From NCBI GenBank assembly GCA_030833185.1, contig JAURHQ010000005.1, positions 1 through 55,820 on the forward strand: a DNA stretch of 55,820 bases. Reading direction: 5' to 3'. A program made the position numbers and the translations under genes. Source of the stretch: Gammaproteobacteria bacterium (GTDB lineage Bacteria > Pseudomonadota > Gammaproteobacteria > Ga0077536). The notes under the pieces were generated by a model. It was not told the DNA's origin, ran no database searches, and saw only the letters and a list, made by a program, of their open reading frames with translations. Positions 38,512-47,700 of this stretch are shown one piece after another (position 1 is the stretch's first letter; each line of letters begins with the position of its first letter).

Positions 38512-40059
38512 TCACTCGGTCCACTGATAGCACCAGGTTTCAGTGATGGCTTGCCCGCCGGCCTCCAGATGACAACGGAGTTCGATGGGGTCGTAGCCTT
38601 CCGGCACCAACTCGAACTGGGTGCGCCACACCTTGCTGTCGGGGACAAAGTGGGTGCTCGCGCTCGACAGGGTGCCGCGTGAAGTGAACAGTCGCGCCTC
38701 TGGCGCACGCTCTCGCCCTTGCATCGCCTCGCCCCCAAAATCGACCACAAACCGGCGCGCGGTCTCGCTACTGCCCCGCCCGATTCGGGTCTCTCCGACG
38801 GTGCCCAGTTCGCGATTTACGAACGGTAATACCTTGCCCCAGTGCAGGCGGTAGGTGGCCTGCCATTCCGAGCCTGCGGCGAGCGGGTTCTGGGGGCGCC
38901 AGAAAGCGACGATGTTGTCGTTGCTTTCCAGATCGCTGGGAATCTCCACCAGCATCACCGCGCCCGCGCCCCAATCGCCGACCGGTTCGACCCATGCGCT
39001 GGGCCGATGATCGTAGCGAGCCTCGGCATCGGAGTAGTCGTCGAACTTCCGCTTGCGTTGAAGCAGACCAAACCCTTTCGGATTGCGGTCCACGAAGTAG
39101 CTGATACGCAAGCGTTGCGGGTTGACCAGCGGCCGCCACAGCCATTCAGCGGCGCCGTTCCAGATCAGCAAACCGTCAGAATCGTGGGCCGCCGCCCGGT
39201 AGTCATCGACTCCCTGACGGTCGTTGGCGCCAAAGAAAAACATGCTCGTCAGCGGGCCGATGCCGACGGTATCGACCTTGACTCGCATGTACAGCGCGAG
39301 ATTGACGTCGACGATGGTGGTGTCGCCCGGCCTGACGGTAAAGGTGTAGACGCCGGTACAACTGCGGCTGTTGAGCAGCGCGTGAATGACGAGGCTGTTC
39401 GCGTCGACCGGGCGTTCAAGGTAGAACTCGGAGAAAAATGGAAATTCTTCGCCCCGTTCGGACGCGGTGCCGATCGCCAGCCCGCGTGCGGAGAGGCCAT
39501 AGCGCATGTCGCGCCCCAAGGCACGAAAATAGCTTCCACCCAGAAAAGAGACCAATTCATCCAGGTAATTCGCGCTGTTCAGCGCGTAGTGGACCCGAAA
39601 ACCGGCAAAGCCGTTGGTTTGTGCAAGTGCCCCGCTGCCCAGATTATTGGCGCCGAAGTCAAACAAGTCGGGCGAGTAGTGCAACTCGCGAGCCTTGCCC
39701 TCGGTCACGTCGAAAATCCGAACAGCGTGCTGGTAATAGTATCCAGGATGGAAGAACTGGGCGGTGAACGGCGCCTCTCCCATCCAGAGGGCATCCTGCG
39801 GGCGATAGCGGATGTCGTGGTACTGCTGTTGGGTTAGTTCGCGCAGCGCCTCGGAGGCACTGCGGCGCGGTGCCTGAAACGGCCGTGCGGCGAGTTGCCT
39901 CGCCCGGGTGCGCAAAATATCAAGTGTGAACGGTCGAGGGTCAGCAGGCGCCGGCGCGGCGCTGCCCGGCAACGCTGGCCATGCGCCGGCGAGCGCGGCC
40001 AAAGTGCCTAAAAAACGTCTACGGTTGAGGTGCTGGCTCGGCGGCAGCGAATCGGGCAT
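38512..40059 (-). CDS. Periplasmic glucan biosynthesis protein (OpgG/OpgD family), Tat signal
   Basis: NRRRFL Tat motif; FLGGSYFRA, YGLSARGLA, HDSDGL, DNIVAFW; likely start ATG 40059. Confidence 0.93.
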   Translation of the reverse strand: MPDSLPPSQHLNRRRFLGTLAALAGAWPALPGSAAPAPADPRPFTLDILRTRARQLAARPFQAPRRSASEALRELTQQQYHDIRYRPQDALWMGEAPFTAQFFHPGYYYQHAVRIFDVTEGKARELHYSPDLFDFGANNLGSGALAQTNGFAGFRVHYALNSANYLDELVSFLGGSYFRALGRDMRYGLSARGLAIGTASERGEEFPFFSEFYLERPVDANSLVIHALLNSRSCTGVYTFTVRPGDTTIVDVNLALYMRVKVDTVGIGPLTSMFFFGANDRQGVDDYRAAAHDSDGLLIWNGAAEWLWRPLVNPQRLRISYFVDRNPKGFGLLQRKRKFDDYSDAEARYDHRPSAWVEPVGDWGAGAVMLVEIPSDLESNDNIVAFWRPQNPLAAGSEWQATYRLHWGKVLPFVNRELGTVGETRIGRGSSETARRFVVDFGGEAMQGRERAPEARLFTSRGTLSSASTHFVPDSKVWRTQFELVPEGYDPIELRCHLEAGGQAITETWCYQWTE

Positions 40060-40122
40060 GGGATGACAACAAGTCCTGCTCGGTTGAAACGACACGGTTG
40101 GGACCAAGCATAGAGTGGTCCC

Positions 40123-40139
40123 GTGCAAAAATCTTGCAC
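40123..40139. promoter_or_regulatory. Palindromic candidate operator upstream of opgG/H
   Basis: GTGCAA-aaatc-TTGCAC, a perfect 6-5-6 dyad. Confidence 0.3.
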
Positions 40140-40244
40140 TGCCACATAGTTGTCCTGAAAGTCTGAATAGCGGCTGAATTTCAGCCCTGAAAACAGCGGG
40201 CGGGTGCCCCTGTCGGTCACCCGCCCTCCGCATTGGCTGAGACC

Positions 40245-41684
40245 TTAACCCAGGGTCACCGGCAGGAAAATCTCGGCGTCTTCACGGCGTACCAGCAAAG
40301 CCACGCGCTGGTCGGCTCGCGAAACGAGTTTCCTGAGATCGTCCGGGCTTTTAACCGGGTTGGCGTTCACCGCGAGGATGACATCACCCGGCCGAATCCC
40401 GGCCTTGGCTGCCGCGCCCGACGCCTCGGTCACCATGACGCCGCGGCCATCGCCCTGTTGCTGACGCGCCTCCTCGTCAAGCGGTTGGACGACAACCCCC
40501 AGGCGCCCCGACTTGGCCGATGAGGGCTGCTCATCGCTGGCCGCCACCAACTGGGACATTTCCCCCAGGGTGACCGCAATTTCCTTCGGCTTGCCGGCCC
40601 GTTGGAGTTCAACCGCCACGTGCTGGCCCGGTTTCTTGCTGGCGATCAGCCGCGACAGCATCGCCGAATCTTCGACGTCCTGACCATCGACCTTCAGGAT
40701 GATGTCTCCGGCCTCAATGCCCGCCTTGGCCGCCGGCATGTTGTCCTGCACCTGATTGACCAAAGCGCCGCGTGGCGTTTCCATGCCGAAAGAGCGTGCG
40801 AGATCCTGATCGAGCGTTTGAACCGAGACGCCAAGGCGACCCCGCTGCACCTTGCCCCCGTGCGCGAGTTGGGTTTGCACATCCATCGCCAGATCAATGG
40901 GAATTGCGAAGGACAAGCCCATGTAGCCGCCGCTTTCGCTGTAAATCTGCGAATTAATTCCGACCACCTCACCATTCAGATTGAGCAAGGGCCCGCCCGA
41001 GTTACCCGGATTAATCGCCACGTCGGTCTGAATGAAAGGCACGTAGTTGCCGTTCGGCAAGGACCGCATCTTGGCGCTCACCACGCCGGCGCTAACCGTA
41101 TTGTCGAAGCCGAAGGGTGAACCAATCGCGATTACCCACTCACCCACATTCAAGCGCGCAGGGTCACCTACCTTAAGCGTGGGCAAGCCGGTGGCATCGA
41201 CCTTGATCAGGGCGACGTCACTGACCTCATCGACGCCAATCACCTTGGCGGTGTACTGGCGTTTGTCGCTGAGGCGGACCGTCACCTCTTCAGCGCCCGC
41301 AACCACGTGTGCGTTGGTCACGATGTGGCCATCGGCAGAAATGATGAATCCGGAACCGCCGCTACGCTGGCTCGGACCGCCGCCATCGCCGCCCGGCGGG
41401 GCGAAGCGCTTGAAAAACTCGGGGACCTGCTCACCGCGTCCCGGAAAGTCGCCGGGCTGTCTGCGACTCACGGGCTTTTCACGGACCACGCTGATATTGA
41501 CCACCGCCGGCGCAGTCTGGCGAACGAGTTCGGTAAAGTCCGGCAAGCCCAATCGGGCACTCGTGGTCCCGACCGGCTCAGCAACGGCGCCGGGCACCAG
41601 CAGCGAGGAAATTTTTTGGTGACCCAGCGCCACCGCCACAACGGCAGCGGCCAAGGTCGGTGCGATAAGTCTGTTGCGTTTCAT
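40245..41684 (-). CDS. DegP/DegQ (Do) family serine endoprotease with two PDZ domains
   Basis: GSGFII, TNAHVV, GNSGGPL, two PDZ domains. Confidence 0.95.
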   Translation of the reverse strand: MKRNRLIAPTLAAAVVAVALGHQKISSLLVPGAVAEPVGTTSARLGLPDFTELVRQTAPAVVNISVVREKPVSRRQPGDFPGRGEQVPEFFKRFAPPGGDGGGPSQRSGGSGFIISADGHIVTNAHVVAGAEEVTVRLSDKRQYTAKVIGVDEVSDVALIKVDATGLPTLKVGDPARLNVGEWVIAIGSPFGFDNTVSAGVVSAKMRSLPNGNYVPFIQTDVAINPGNSGGPLLNLNGEVVGINSQIYSESGGYMGLSFAIPIDLAMDVQTQLAHGGKVQRGRLGVSVQTLDQDLARSFGMETPRGALVNQVQDNMPAAKAGIEAGDIILKVDGQDVEDSAMLSRLIASKKPGQHVAVELQRAGKPKEIAVTLGEMSQLVAASDEQPSSAKSGRLGVVVQPLDEEARQQQGDGRGVMVTEASGAAAKAGIRPGDVILAVNANPVKSPDDLRKLVSRADQRVALLVRREDAEIFLPVTLG

Positions 41685-41760
41685 CGTCTGAGCCTCTCGT
41701 TTTGGCTGACGGGCACCACCCTTTGTGGTTCCCTATGGCTGCAGACTGTGCACGTGCAAG

Positions 41761-41777
41761 CTTAAGCCGGTCTTAAG
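41761..41777 (-). promoter_or_regulatory. PmrA/QseB-type binding box upstream of the protease gene
   Basis: CTTAAG-N5-CTTAAG direct repeat (11-bp period), 77-93 bp upstream of the protease start and next to a QseB/PmrA-like regulator pair. Confidence 0.65.
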
Positions 41778-43090
41778 CCAGCCCTCTGTTCGTACAACGG
41801 CGGGAAATCGACTGTGATGAGCGCCCCGCCGCCCGGCGCGTCGTCGATGTTGACCGACGCCCGGTGCAAATCGGCGACCCGTTTGACGATCGCAAGACCC
41901 AGCCCGCTGCCCGGTGCCTTGGTGCCTGGTACGCGATGAAAGCGTTCAAAGACCCGGGTGCGCTCGGACGCAGGAATGCCAGGGCCAGTATCGATAACCG
42001 TCAGGCGTGCCCCGTTTCGCGTCGCGCTTACACTGGCGAACACGCGCCCGCCCTCCGGGGTATAGCGCAGCGCATTTTCTAGCAGATTGACGACCAGACT
42101 ACTCAGGCTGCGAGCCTCACCCAAGACGTTTATCGGAGCCTCCACTTCAACGTGCAGCTCGATACCGCGCTCCCGCGCCAGCGTTGCGACCTCCTGACGT
42201 GCCCGCTCCAGCAGACCAGTAAGCTCAACCGACTCCTGCGCACCGCCTACCGCAGAGGAATCAAGTCGCGCGATCGCGAGCAGGCGCTCAACCAGTGTGG
42301 TCGTGCGTGCCATTCCCAGTTTGAGTTCTACCATTGCCTCAGTCCGCTCCTGCTCGCTGCTGGCTCGCTCAAGCAGTTGCAATTGCAGGCGAATGGCCAT
42401 CAGAGGGGTTCGCAATTCGTGCGCAGCGTCAGCCATGAAATCTTGCTGGCCGGCAAGCAACGCTCTTTGGCGCGCAATCAGTTCGTTAAGCGCATCGACC
42501 ATCAGGCCCACTTCCTGCGGCGGATTTGCCAGCGAAAACGGCTCCAGGGCCGCGGGATCCCGACGACCAATGGTCTGCGCCAACGACGACAGCGGCGCCA
42601 GCACCCTGCCCACTGCCCACCAGATCAAAAGGGCGAGCAAGGGCAAAACCGCCATCGCCGGATAGAGCAGGCGCAAGGCGGCCTTGGTGGCGATGATCCG
42701 TCGCGTTGACAAGGGCTGGGCCAGTTGCACGACCCATGGCCCAAGTTCCATCGCATAGATCCGCCAGTCCTCTTGTTCTGTACTGACGCTGTCATACCCG
42801 TTGTGCCGGGGCCGCTCCAGAATTACGCCGTGATGCGACTGATAGCGCAGTACACCACGCCGGTCCCATAACTGGGTCACGATGTGCTGCTCCGGGTCCG
42901 GTTCCACTACTGCGACCTGCCCTAGCAGATAAGCCTTATCTTCCAGAGACAGCGCCTGTTGGCGCAGTTGGTAGTCCAGCAATTCGTCAATCTCACGGCG
43001 CGCCCAATACCAGGTCGCCCCCGTGGCGGTGAGTGTGGTGACCATCGCCGCGAGTAGCAGGAGTAGCAGCAGTCGGTGACGCAGCGACAT
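41762..43090 (-). CDS. QseC/PmrB-like sensor histidine kinase
   Basis: Two TM helices, ADAAHELRTP, NLLENALRY, GSGLGLAIV. Confidence 0.92.
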   Translation of the reverse strand: MSLRHRLLLLLLLAAMVTTLTATGATWYWARREIDELLDYQLRQQALSLEDKAYLLGQVAVVEPDPEQHIVTQLWDRRGVLRYQSHHGVILERPRHNGYDSVSTEQEDWRIYAMELGPWVVQLAQPLSTRRIIATKAALRLLYPAMAVLPLLALLIWWAVGRVLAPLSSLAQTIGRRDPAALEPFSLANPPQEVGLMVDALNELIARQRALLAGQQDFMADAAHELRTPLMAIRLQLQLLERASSEQERTEAMVELKLGMARTTTLVERLLAIARLDSSAVGGAQESVELTGLLERARQEVATLARERGIELHVEVEAPINVLGEARSLSSLVVNLLENALRYTPEGGRVFASVSATRNGARLTVIDTGPGIPASERTRVFERFHRVPGTKAPGSGLGLAIVKRVADLHRASVNIDDAPGGGALITVDFPPLYEQRAGLRPA

Positions 43091-43752
43091 CAGCGCTCCC
43101 CGCCCAGGCTATAGCCAAGCCCACGCACGGTTTTTATGCGGTGTTCGCCAAGCTTTCTACGAAGATTGTGGATGTGTACCTCGACCGCATTGCTGGCAAC
43201 CTCTTCATCCCAGCCGTACAAGCGCTCTTCAAGTTGCGCGCGCGACACCACCGCGGTTGGGCGCTCCAGCAAGGCCTGCAAGATATTGAATTCTCGCGCA
43301 GACAGGGCGACGGGCTTGCCGTCGCAGGAGACCTCGTGGGTGGCTACCTCGAGCGAGAGTCCTGCCCAGGACATACGGTTATCGGGGTGACCCGTTCGGC
43401 GCCTGACAACTGCCCTGATCCGGGCCGACAGTTCGTCCAGATCGTAGGGTTTGACGAGATAGTCGTCGGCGCCCAGATCAAGACCTCGAACACGGTCGGC
43501 CACCGCATCCCGGGCAGTCGAAATAATCACCGGGACCGGGCTTTGGGCTCGGCGAAGCGCCGCGAGCAGGGACAGCCCATCCCGATCGGGCAGGCCTAAG
43601 TCCAGCAAGACCAGCTCATAAAGTTGCGCGGCAAGGGCGGCCTCTGCATTGCGCGCGTCGTGCACCCAATCGACAGAATGCCCCTCTTGCTGGAGACCCC
43701 GGCGCAGCGCGGCCCCAATCATGCTGTCATCCTCTACCAGCAGTAAGCGCAT
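43090..43752 (-). CDS. QseB/PmrA-like OmpR-family response regulator
   Basis: LLVEDD, LDLGLP, GADDYLVKP, VEVHIHNLRRKLG, TVRGLGY. Confidence 0.93.
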   Translation of the reverse strand: MRLLLVEDDSMIGAALRRGLQQEGHSVDWVHDARNAEAALAAQLYELVLLDLGLPDRDGLSLLAALRRAQSPVPVIISTARDAVADRVRGLDLGADDYLVKPYDLDELSARIRAVVRRRTGHPDNRMSWAGLSLEVATHEVSCDGKPVALSAREFNILQALLERPTAVVSRAQLEERLYGWDEEVASNAVEVHIHNLRRKLGEHRIKTVRGLGYSLGGER

Positions 43753-43877
43753 CGATCGAATCCCCTACCGGCCCCTATTCTTGAACGAGCAAGTTGAACG
43801 CGTTACCACTGCCCGTAGTTCTAGCATCACAGGTTAGGATGCTAACCATATCACCCGATGGCTGCAGGAGTTTCCCC

Positions 43878-45224
43878 ATGAATGAGCCGATGTCGCCCGC
43901 CCTAATCCCCCAAGCAGGTCTGGATCTCGAATCCCTATGGATGCCGTTCACGCACAACCGGCTGTTCAAAAAGCAACCACGGGTGGTCACCCAAGGGGAC
44001 GGGATGCATTACACAACAGCGGACGGTCGCCGGATTTTGGACGGTTTATCCGGTCTTTGGTGCTGTAATGCCGGTCACCGACACCCCGCCATCGTTGAAG
44101 CTGTTCGACAGCAGCTGGACACTCTGGACTACGCGCCACCGTTCCAGACCATGCACGACCGCGCCTTCGAATTGGCTGCCAAGCTGGCGAAACTCGCGCC
44201 AGAAGGCCTGGATCGCGTCTTTTTCAGCAATTCGGGCTCCGAAGCGGTAGATACCGCGCTAAAAATCGCACTTGCCTACCATCGAGCCCGAGGAGAGGGG
44301 TCGCGGTTCAGGTTCATCGGGCGTGCCAAGGGCTACCACGGCGTTGGGTTTGGCGGCATTTCGGTCGGCGGAATGCCTGCCAACCGCAAAGCCTTCGCGC
44401 CAGCGATGATCCCGGGTGTTGACCATCTGCCTCACACCCACGACCTGGAGCAGATGGCGTTCAGTCACGGCATGCCCATCTGGGGTGCGCATCTCGCGGA
44501 CGAATTGGAGCGTCTCGTTCAGCTACACGATGCGTCGACTATTGCCGCCGTGATCGTCGAGCCAATGCAGGGCTCCGCAGGCGTCATTGTCCCTCCGCAG
44601 GGATATTTGCAGCGTCTCCGTGAAATCTGCTCCAAGCACGGCATCCTGCTTATTTTTGACGAAGTCATCACTGGCTTCGGGCGTCTCGGGCATTACTTCG
44701 CGAGCGATCGGTTCGGCGTCTCGCCAGACATCATCACCTTCGCAAAAGGCGTCAACAGCGGCATGGTGCCCCTGGGTGGCGCCATCGTTCACCAAAAAAT
44801 CTACGACGCCTTCATGACCGGCCCGGAGCATCTGGTGGAGTTCTTTCACGGTTATACCTATTCCGGTCACCCGCTGGCCTGTGCAGCCGGGGTCGCTGCA
44901 CTAGAGGTCTATGAGGATGCGAATCTCATGGCGCGGGCACGGGAGTTGGAACCAGTACTGGAAACGCTGATGCACAGCCTCCGCGATGAACCGAACGTGG
45001 TTGATATCCGCAATCTCGGCCTTGCTGCAGCGGTCGAACTGGCGCCACGCGCCGGCGAACCAAGTAAACGTGCCATGGAGGTGTTCCACTACTGCTTTGA
45101 CCATGGCGCGCTGGTTCGCTACACCAGTGACATCATCGCGGTTGGCCCCGCTCTTATTGCCAGTGAAAGTCAGTTGGAGGAGATCGTGGAGCTGATTCGT
45201 CGGGGAATCCGCGCTGTCGCCTGA
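43878..45224 (+). CDS. Class III aminotransferase (omega-amino acid/beta-alanine:pyruvate type)
   Basis: WMPFT, SGLWC, SGSEAVDTALK, FDEVITGFGR, PLP lysine in TFAKG; start ATG 43878 after AGGAG. Confidence 0.92.
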   Translation: MNEPMSPALIPQAGLDLESLWMPFTHNRLFKKQPRVVTQGDGMHYTTADGRRILDGLSGLWCCNAGHRHPAIVEAVRQQLDTLDYAPPFQTMHDRAFELAAKLAKLAPEGLDRVFFSNSGSEAVDTALKIALAYHRARGEGSRFRFIGRAKGYHGVGFGGISVGGMPANRKAFAPAMIPGVDHLPHTHDLEQMAFSHGMPIWGAHLADELERLVQLHDASTIAAVIVEPMQGSAGVIVPPQGYLQRLREICSKHGILLIFDEVITGFGRLGHYFASDRFGVSPDIITFAKGVNSGMVPLGGAIVHQKIYDAFMTGPEHLVEFFHGYTYSGHPLACAAGVAALEVYEDANLMARARELEPVLETLMHSLRDEPNVVDIRNLGLAAAVELAPRAGEPSKRAMEVFHYCFDHGALVRYTSDIIAVGPALIASESQLEEIVELIRRGIRAVA

Positions 45225-45308
45225 GCAGGCAAGGATTTTTGGCGCCATCTTGACCAGCACCATGGCGGGGTGAAATAAAGTACCCCCCCCTGTTTGACGA
45301 GAAACGCG

Positions 45309-45830
45309 ATGAACTTCTGTCCCCAATGCGCCACGCCTTTGACCTGGGTCGAAACTGGCGGTCGTCACCGGGCTGCCTGCCCTCAGCAACGCTGTGGCTA
45401 TGTCCACTGGGACAACCCGGTGCCGGTGGTTGGCGGCATAGTTGAATGGGAAAACCAGATCGTGCTCGTCCGTAACGTCGGATGGCCCGAAAACTGGTAC
45501 GGGCTAGTGACCGGCTTCTTGGAGGCCGGTGAGATGCCTGAGGAAGCGGTGGTTCGCGAAGTTCGAGAAGAAATCGGGGTAGATGCAAGCATCGAATCGT
45601 TTATCGGGATGTACGAGTTTCACCGCAAAAATCAGTTGCTGATCATCTATCACCTGCGGGCGCATTCAGGTGACGTGGTTGTACCCGCCGACGAGATCGC
45701 AGGTTACAAATGGGTTCCGATCGAAAAGGTCCAACCGTGGACAGCAGGCACCGGCCGAGCCTTACGCGATTGGCTTAGAACGCGAGGAATCGAGCGTGAA
45801 ATGCTCGATTTTAGCGAGGTCAACAACTAG
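45309..45830 (+). CDS. NUDIX hydrolase with zinc ribbon
   Basis: MNFCPQC, WDNPVP, GFLEAGE..EEAVVREVREE. Confidence 0.88.
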   Translation: MNFCPQCATPLTWVETGGRHRAACPQQRCGYVHWDNPVPVVGGIVEWENQIVLVRNVGWPENWYGLVTGFLEAGEMPEEAVVREVREEIGVDASIESFIGMYEFHRKNQLLIIYHLRAHSGDVVVPADEIAGYKWVPIEKVQPWTAGTGRALRDWLRTRGIEREMLDFSEVNN

Positions 45831-45841
45831 GCATTGCGGTG

Positions 45842-46111
45842 TTAGGGCACCGGATCGTAACCCGACGTCCCCCACGGATGGCACCGCGCTAAACGCTTAA
45901 GCGTGAGCCAAACACCCCTCCGGGCACCGTGTCTGTCGATAGCCTCCAGACAGTACTCCGAGCAGGTGGGCAGATGCCTGCAACGGGGCGGTATCCAAGG
46001 GGACAGGACGTACCTGTAAAACTGAATGGCACCGCGGAGAAGCGCCCGCAACGCATGCCCTGTCCACTGCAGCACGTACCGAGAATATTCAGACGGCGGC
46101 TTGTTCGCCAT
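45842..46111 (-). CDS. yidD: Membrane protein insertion efficiency factor YidD
   Basis: [24 protein letters not shown]. Confidence 0.9.
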   Translation of the reverse strand: MANKPPSEYSRYVLQWTGHALRALLRGAIQFYRYVLSPWIPPRCRHLPTCSEYCLEAIDRHGARRGVWLTLKRLARCHPWGTSGYDPVP

Positions 46112-46280
46112 CACGCTGGGCCGAGGGTTTGGCGTAACGCCGGCTGCAGTAGTAGCAATCGACACTCGGCTTACCGTTAAACCGCAAGTAGACGAGGGGG
46201 TGACCAAGCGCGCCGCCGCCGCCGTCACAGCCAGCGACCTCTTCAGATTCTTTCACCGCGATGATTTCTGTTGGCTCCAT
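46089..46280 (-). CDS. zf-CHCC zinc-finger protein (NDUFS6-like)
   Basis: [15 protein letters not shown]...CYYC; start ATG 46280. Confidence 0.85.
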   Translation of the reverse strand: MEPTEIIAVKESEEVAGCDGGGGALGHPLVYLRFNGKPSVDCYYCSRRYAKPSAQRDGEQAAV

Positions 46281-46396
46281 CGGACGTAATCTCCAGAAAA
46301 TCTCAAGACTAGCGTGGCTCATGACCACGCAATGTATGTGTCTTATAGTAGCAAACTGATGCGGGAATTCTGCCGCCATCCTTAAGGAGTACGCCC

Positions 46397-46813
46397 GTGG
46401 CCAAAGTCAGTATGAATTCGGTGTTTGCGATCTCCCCGGATGAAATCTGGAAGCTGATCGGCAAGTTCAATGCGTTGCCGGATTGGCATCCGGCCGTTCA
46501 AAGCAGCAAGTTGGAAGACAATGGGCGTCTACGTCGCTTATCACTCCTGGGGGGCGGCGAAATCGTTGAGCGGCTTGAAACCATCGATGAAAAAGACCGG
46601 CTCTATCGGTACAGCATCATCAGTGGGCCACTTCCGGTAGCAAATTACACCGCGACCCTGCGTGTCAGGGACGATGGCAAAGGCCAATCCCTGGTTGAGT
46701 GGTCCAGTGAGTTTGAACCCGCGACTGGCGCGCCCGAACCGGACGCTATCCGAGCCGTCCAAACCATCTATCAGACCGGTTTCGACAGCCTCAAAAAAAT
46801 GTTTGGCATGTGA
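46397..46813 (+). CDS. SRPBCC/polyketide cyclase family protein (MxaD-like)
   Basis: FNALPDWHP, YRYSIISGPLPVANY; RBS AAGGAG. Confidence 0.85.
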   Translation: MAKVSMNSVFAISPDEIWKLIGKFNALPDWHPAVQSSKLEDNGRLRRLSLLGGGEIVERLETIDEKDRLYRYSIISGPLPVANYTATLRVRDDGKGQSLVEWSSEFEPATGAPEPDAIRAVQTIYQTGFDSLKKMFGM

Positions 46814-46847
46814 CTATTTTTCACAGCCCGAAAGAGATCCAGCAGCA

Positions 46848-47228
46848 ATGAGCGAAATGCGTTTCACCGAAGACCACGCGTGGGTTCGGATGGAAGAAGA
46901 CGGCATAGCCGTTATTGGGGTGTCTGACTACGCTCAGGAACAACTGGGCGACGTGGTTTATGTCCAACTTCCGGACATCGGTCGAGACCTCCGGCAAGGC
47001 GAGGACTGCTCAACGATTGAATCCGTCAAGACCACCAGCGACGTTAAATGCCCGATGAGTGGTCGAGTACTGGAGATCAACGAGGCCCTGTTGGAGGCCC
47101 CCGAAAAATTGAACGAATCCCCTCTGCAGGAAGGCTGGCTGTTCAAACTAGAGCCCGTTCACGAAGCGGAATTCGAAGATTTAATGGACGATGAAGACTA
47201 CGAAGACTTCGTGGACTCTGCTGGCTGA
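46848..47228 (+). CDS. gcvH: Glycine cleavage system H protein
   Basis: FTEDHAW, YAQEQLGDVVYV, lipoyl lysine in ESVK. Confidence 0.93.
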   Translation: MSEMRFTEDHAWVRMEEDGIAVIGVSDYAQEQLGDVVYVQLPDIGRDLRQGEDCSTIESVKTTSDVKCPMSGRVLEINEALLEAPEKLNESPLQEGWLFKLEPVHEAEFEDLMDDEDYEDFVDSAG

Positions 47229-47238
47229 ACTGTCTCGG

Positions 47239-47365
47239 TCAGGCCACAGAGAAACGACTGGCAAAGGCGCTTGTCGGTCGCTTGAAGGCACCATGGTCAT
47301 CGGCGTGTAGAAGGCTACCGCATGACCAGCGACGTTAAGTCCTGCCATAGCACTTGGCGGCCTGA
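47239..47365. ncRNA. Candidate structured ncRNA (long imperfect hairpin)
   Basis: Nested complementary arms: TCAGGCC/GGCCTGA, TGGCA/TGCCA, GTCGCT/AGCGAC, GGTCAT/ATGACC, CGG/CCG. Confidence 0.55.
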
Positions 47366-47405
47366 GCAATCGCCGCATGAAACAATGATTTGAAAGGCTG
47401 AACAC

Positions 47406-47675
47406 GTGCTAAGCACAAATTTCCGGCGCGAACTAAAAGCCAAGGCCCATAGCTTGAAACCGGTGGTGATCATCGGCCAACGTGGTGTAACTGATAGCGT
47501 GCTCGCTTCCATCACGGAAGCACTGGATGCGCACGAGTTAATCAAAATCCGTTTGCCGGTAGGCGACCGACAAGAACAACCAGCCCAAATTGAGCACATC
47601 GCGTCCAGCCTCGGGGCCGACGTCGTCGGAGCGATAGGACGGGTGGCGATTCTTTATCGCAAAGCGCTCAAATGA
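47406..47675 (+). CDS. yhbY: YhbY/CRM-domain RNA-binding protein
   Basis: AHSLKPVVIIG, LDAHELIK, IGRVAILYR. Confidence 0.9.
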   Translation: MLSTNFRRELKAKAHSLKPVVIIGQRGVTDSVLASITEALDAHELIKIRLPVGDRQEQPAQIEHIASSLGADVVGAIGRVAILYRKALK

Positions 47676-47700
47676 TTTTCATCAACATGGAATAGCACGC

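Noticed and set aside
45283-45290. C8 tract as a phase-variation site
   Set aside because: Short, intergenic, upstream of an ordinary NUDIX gene.
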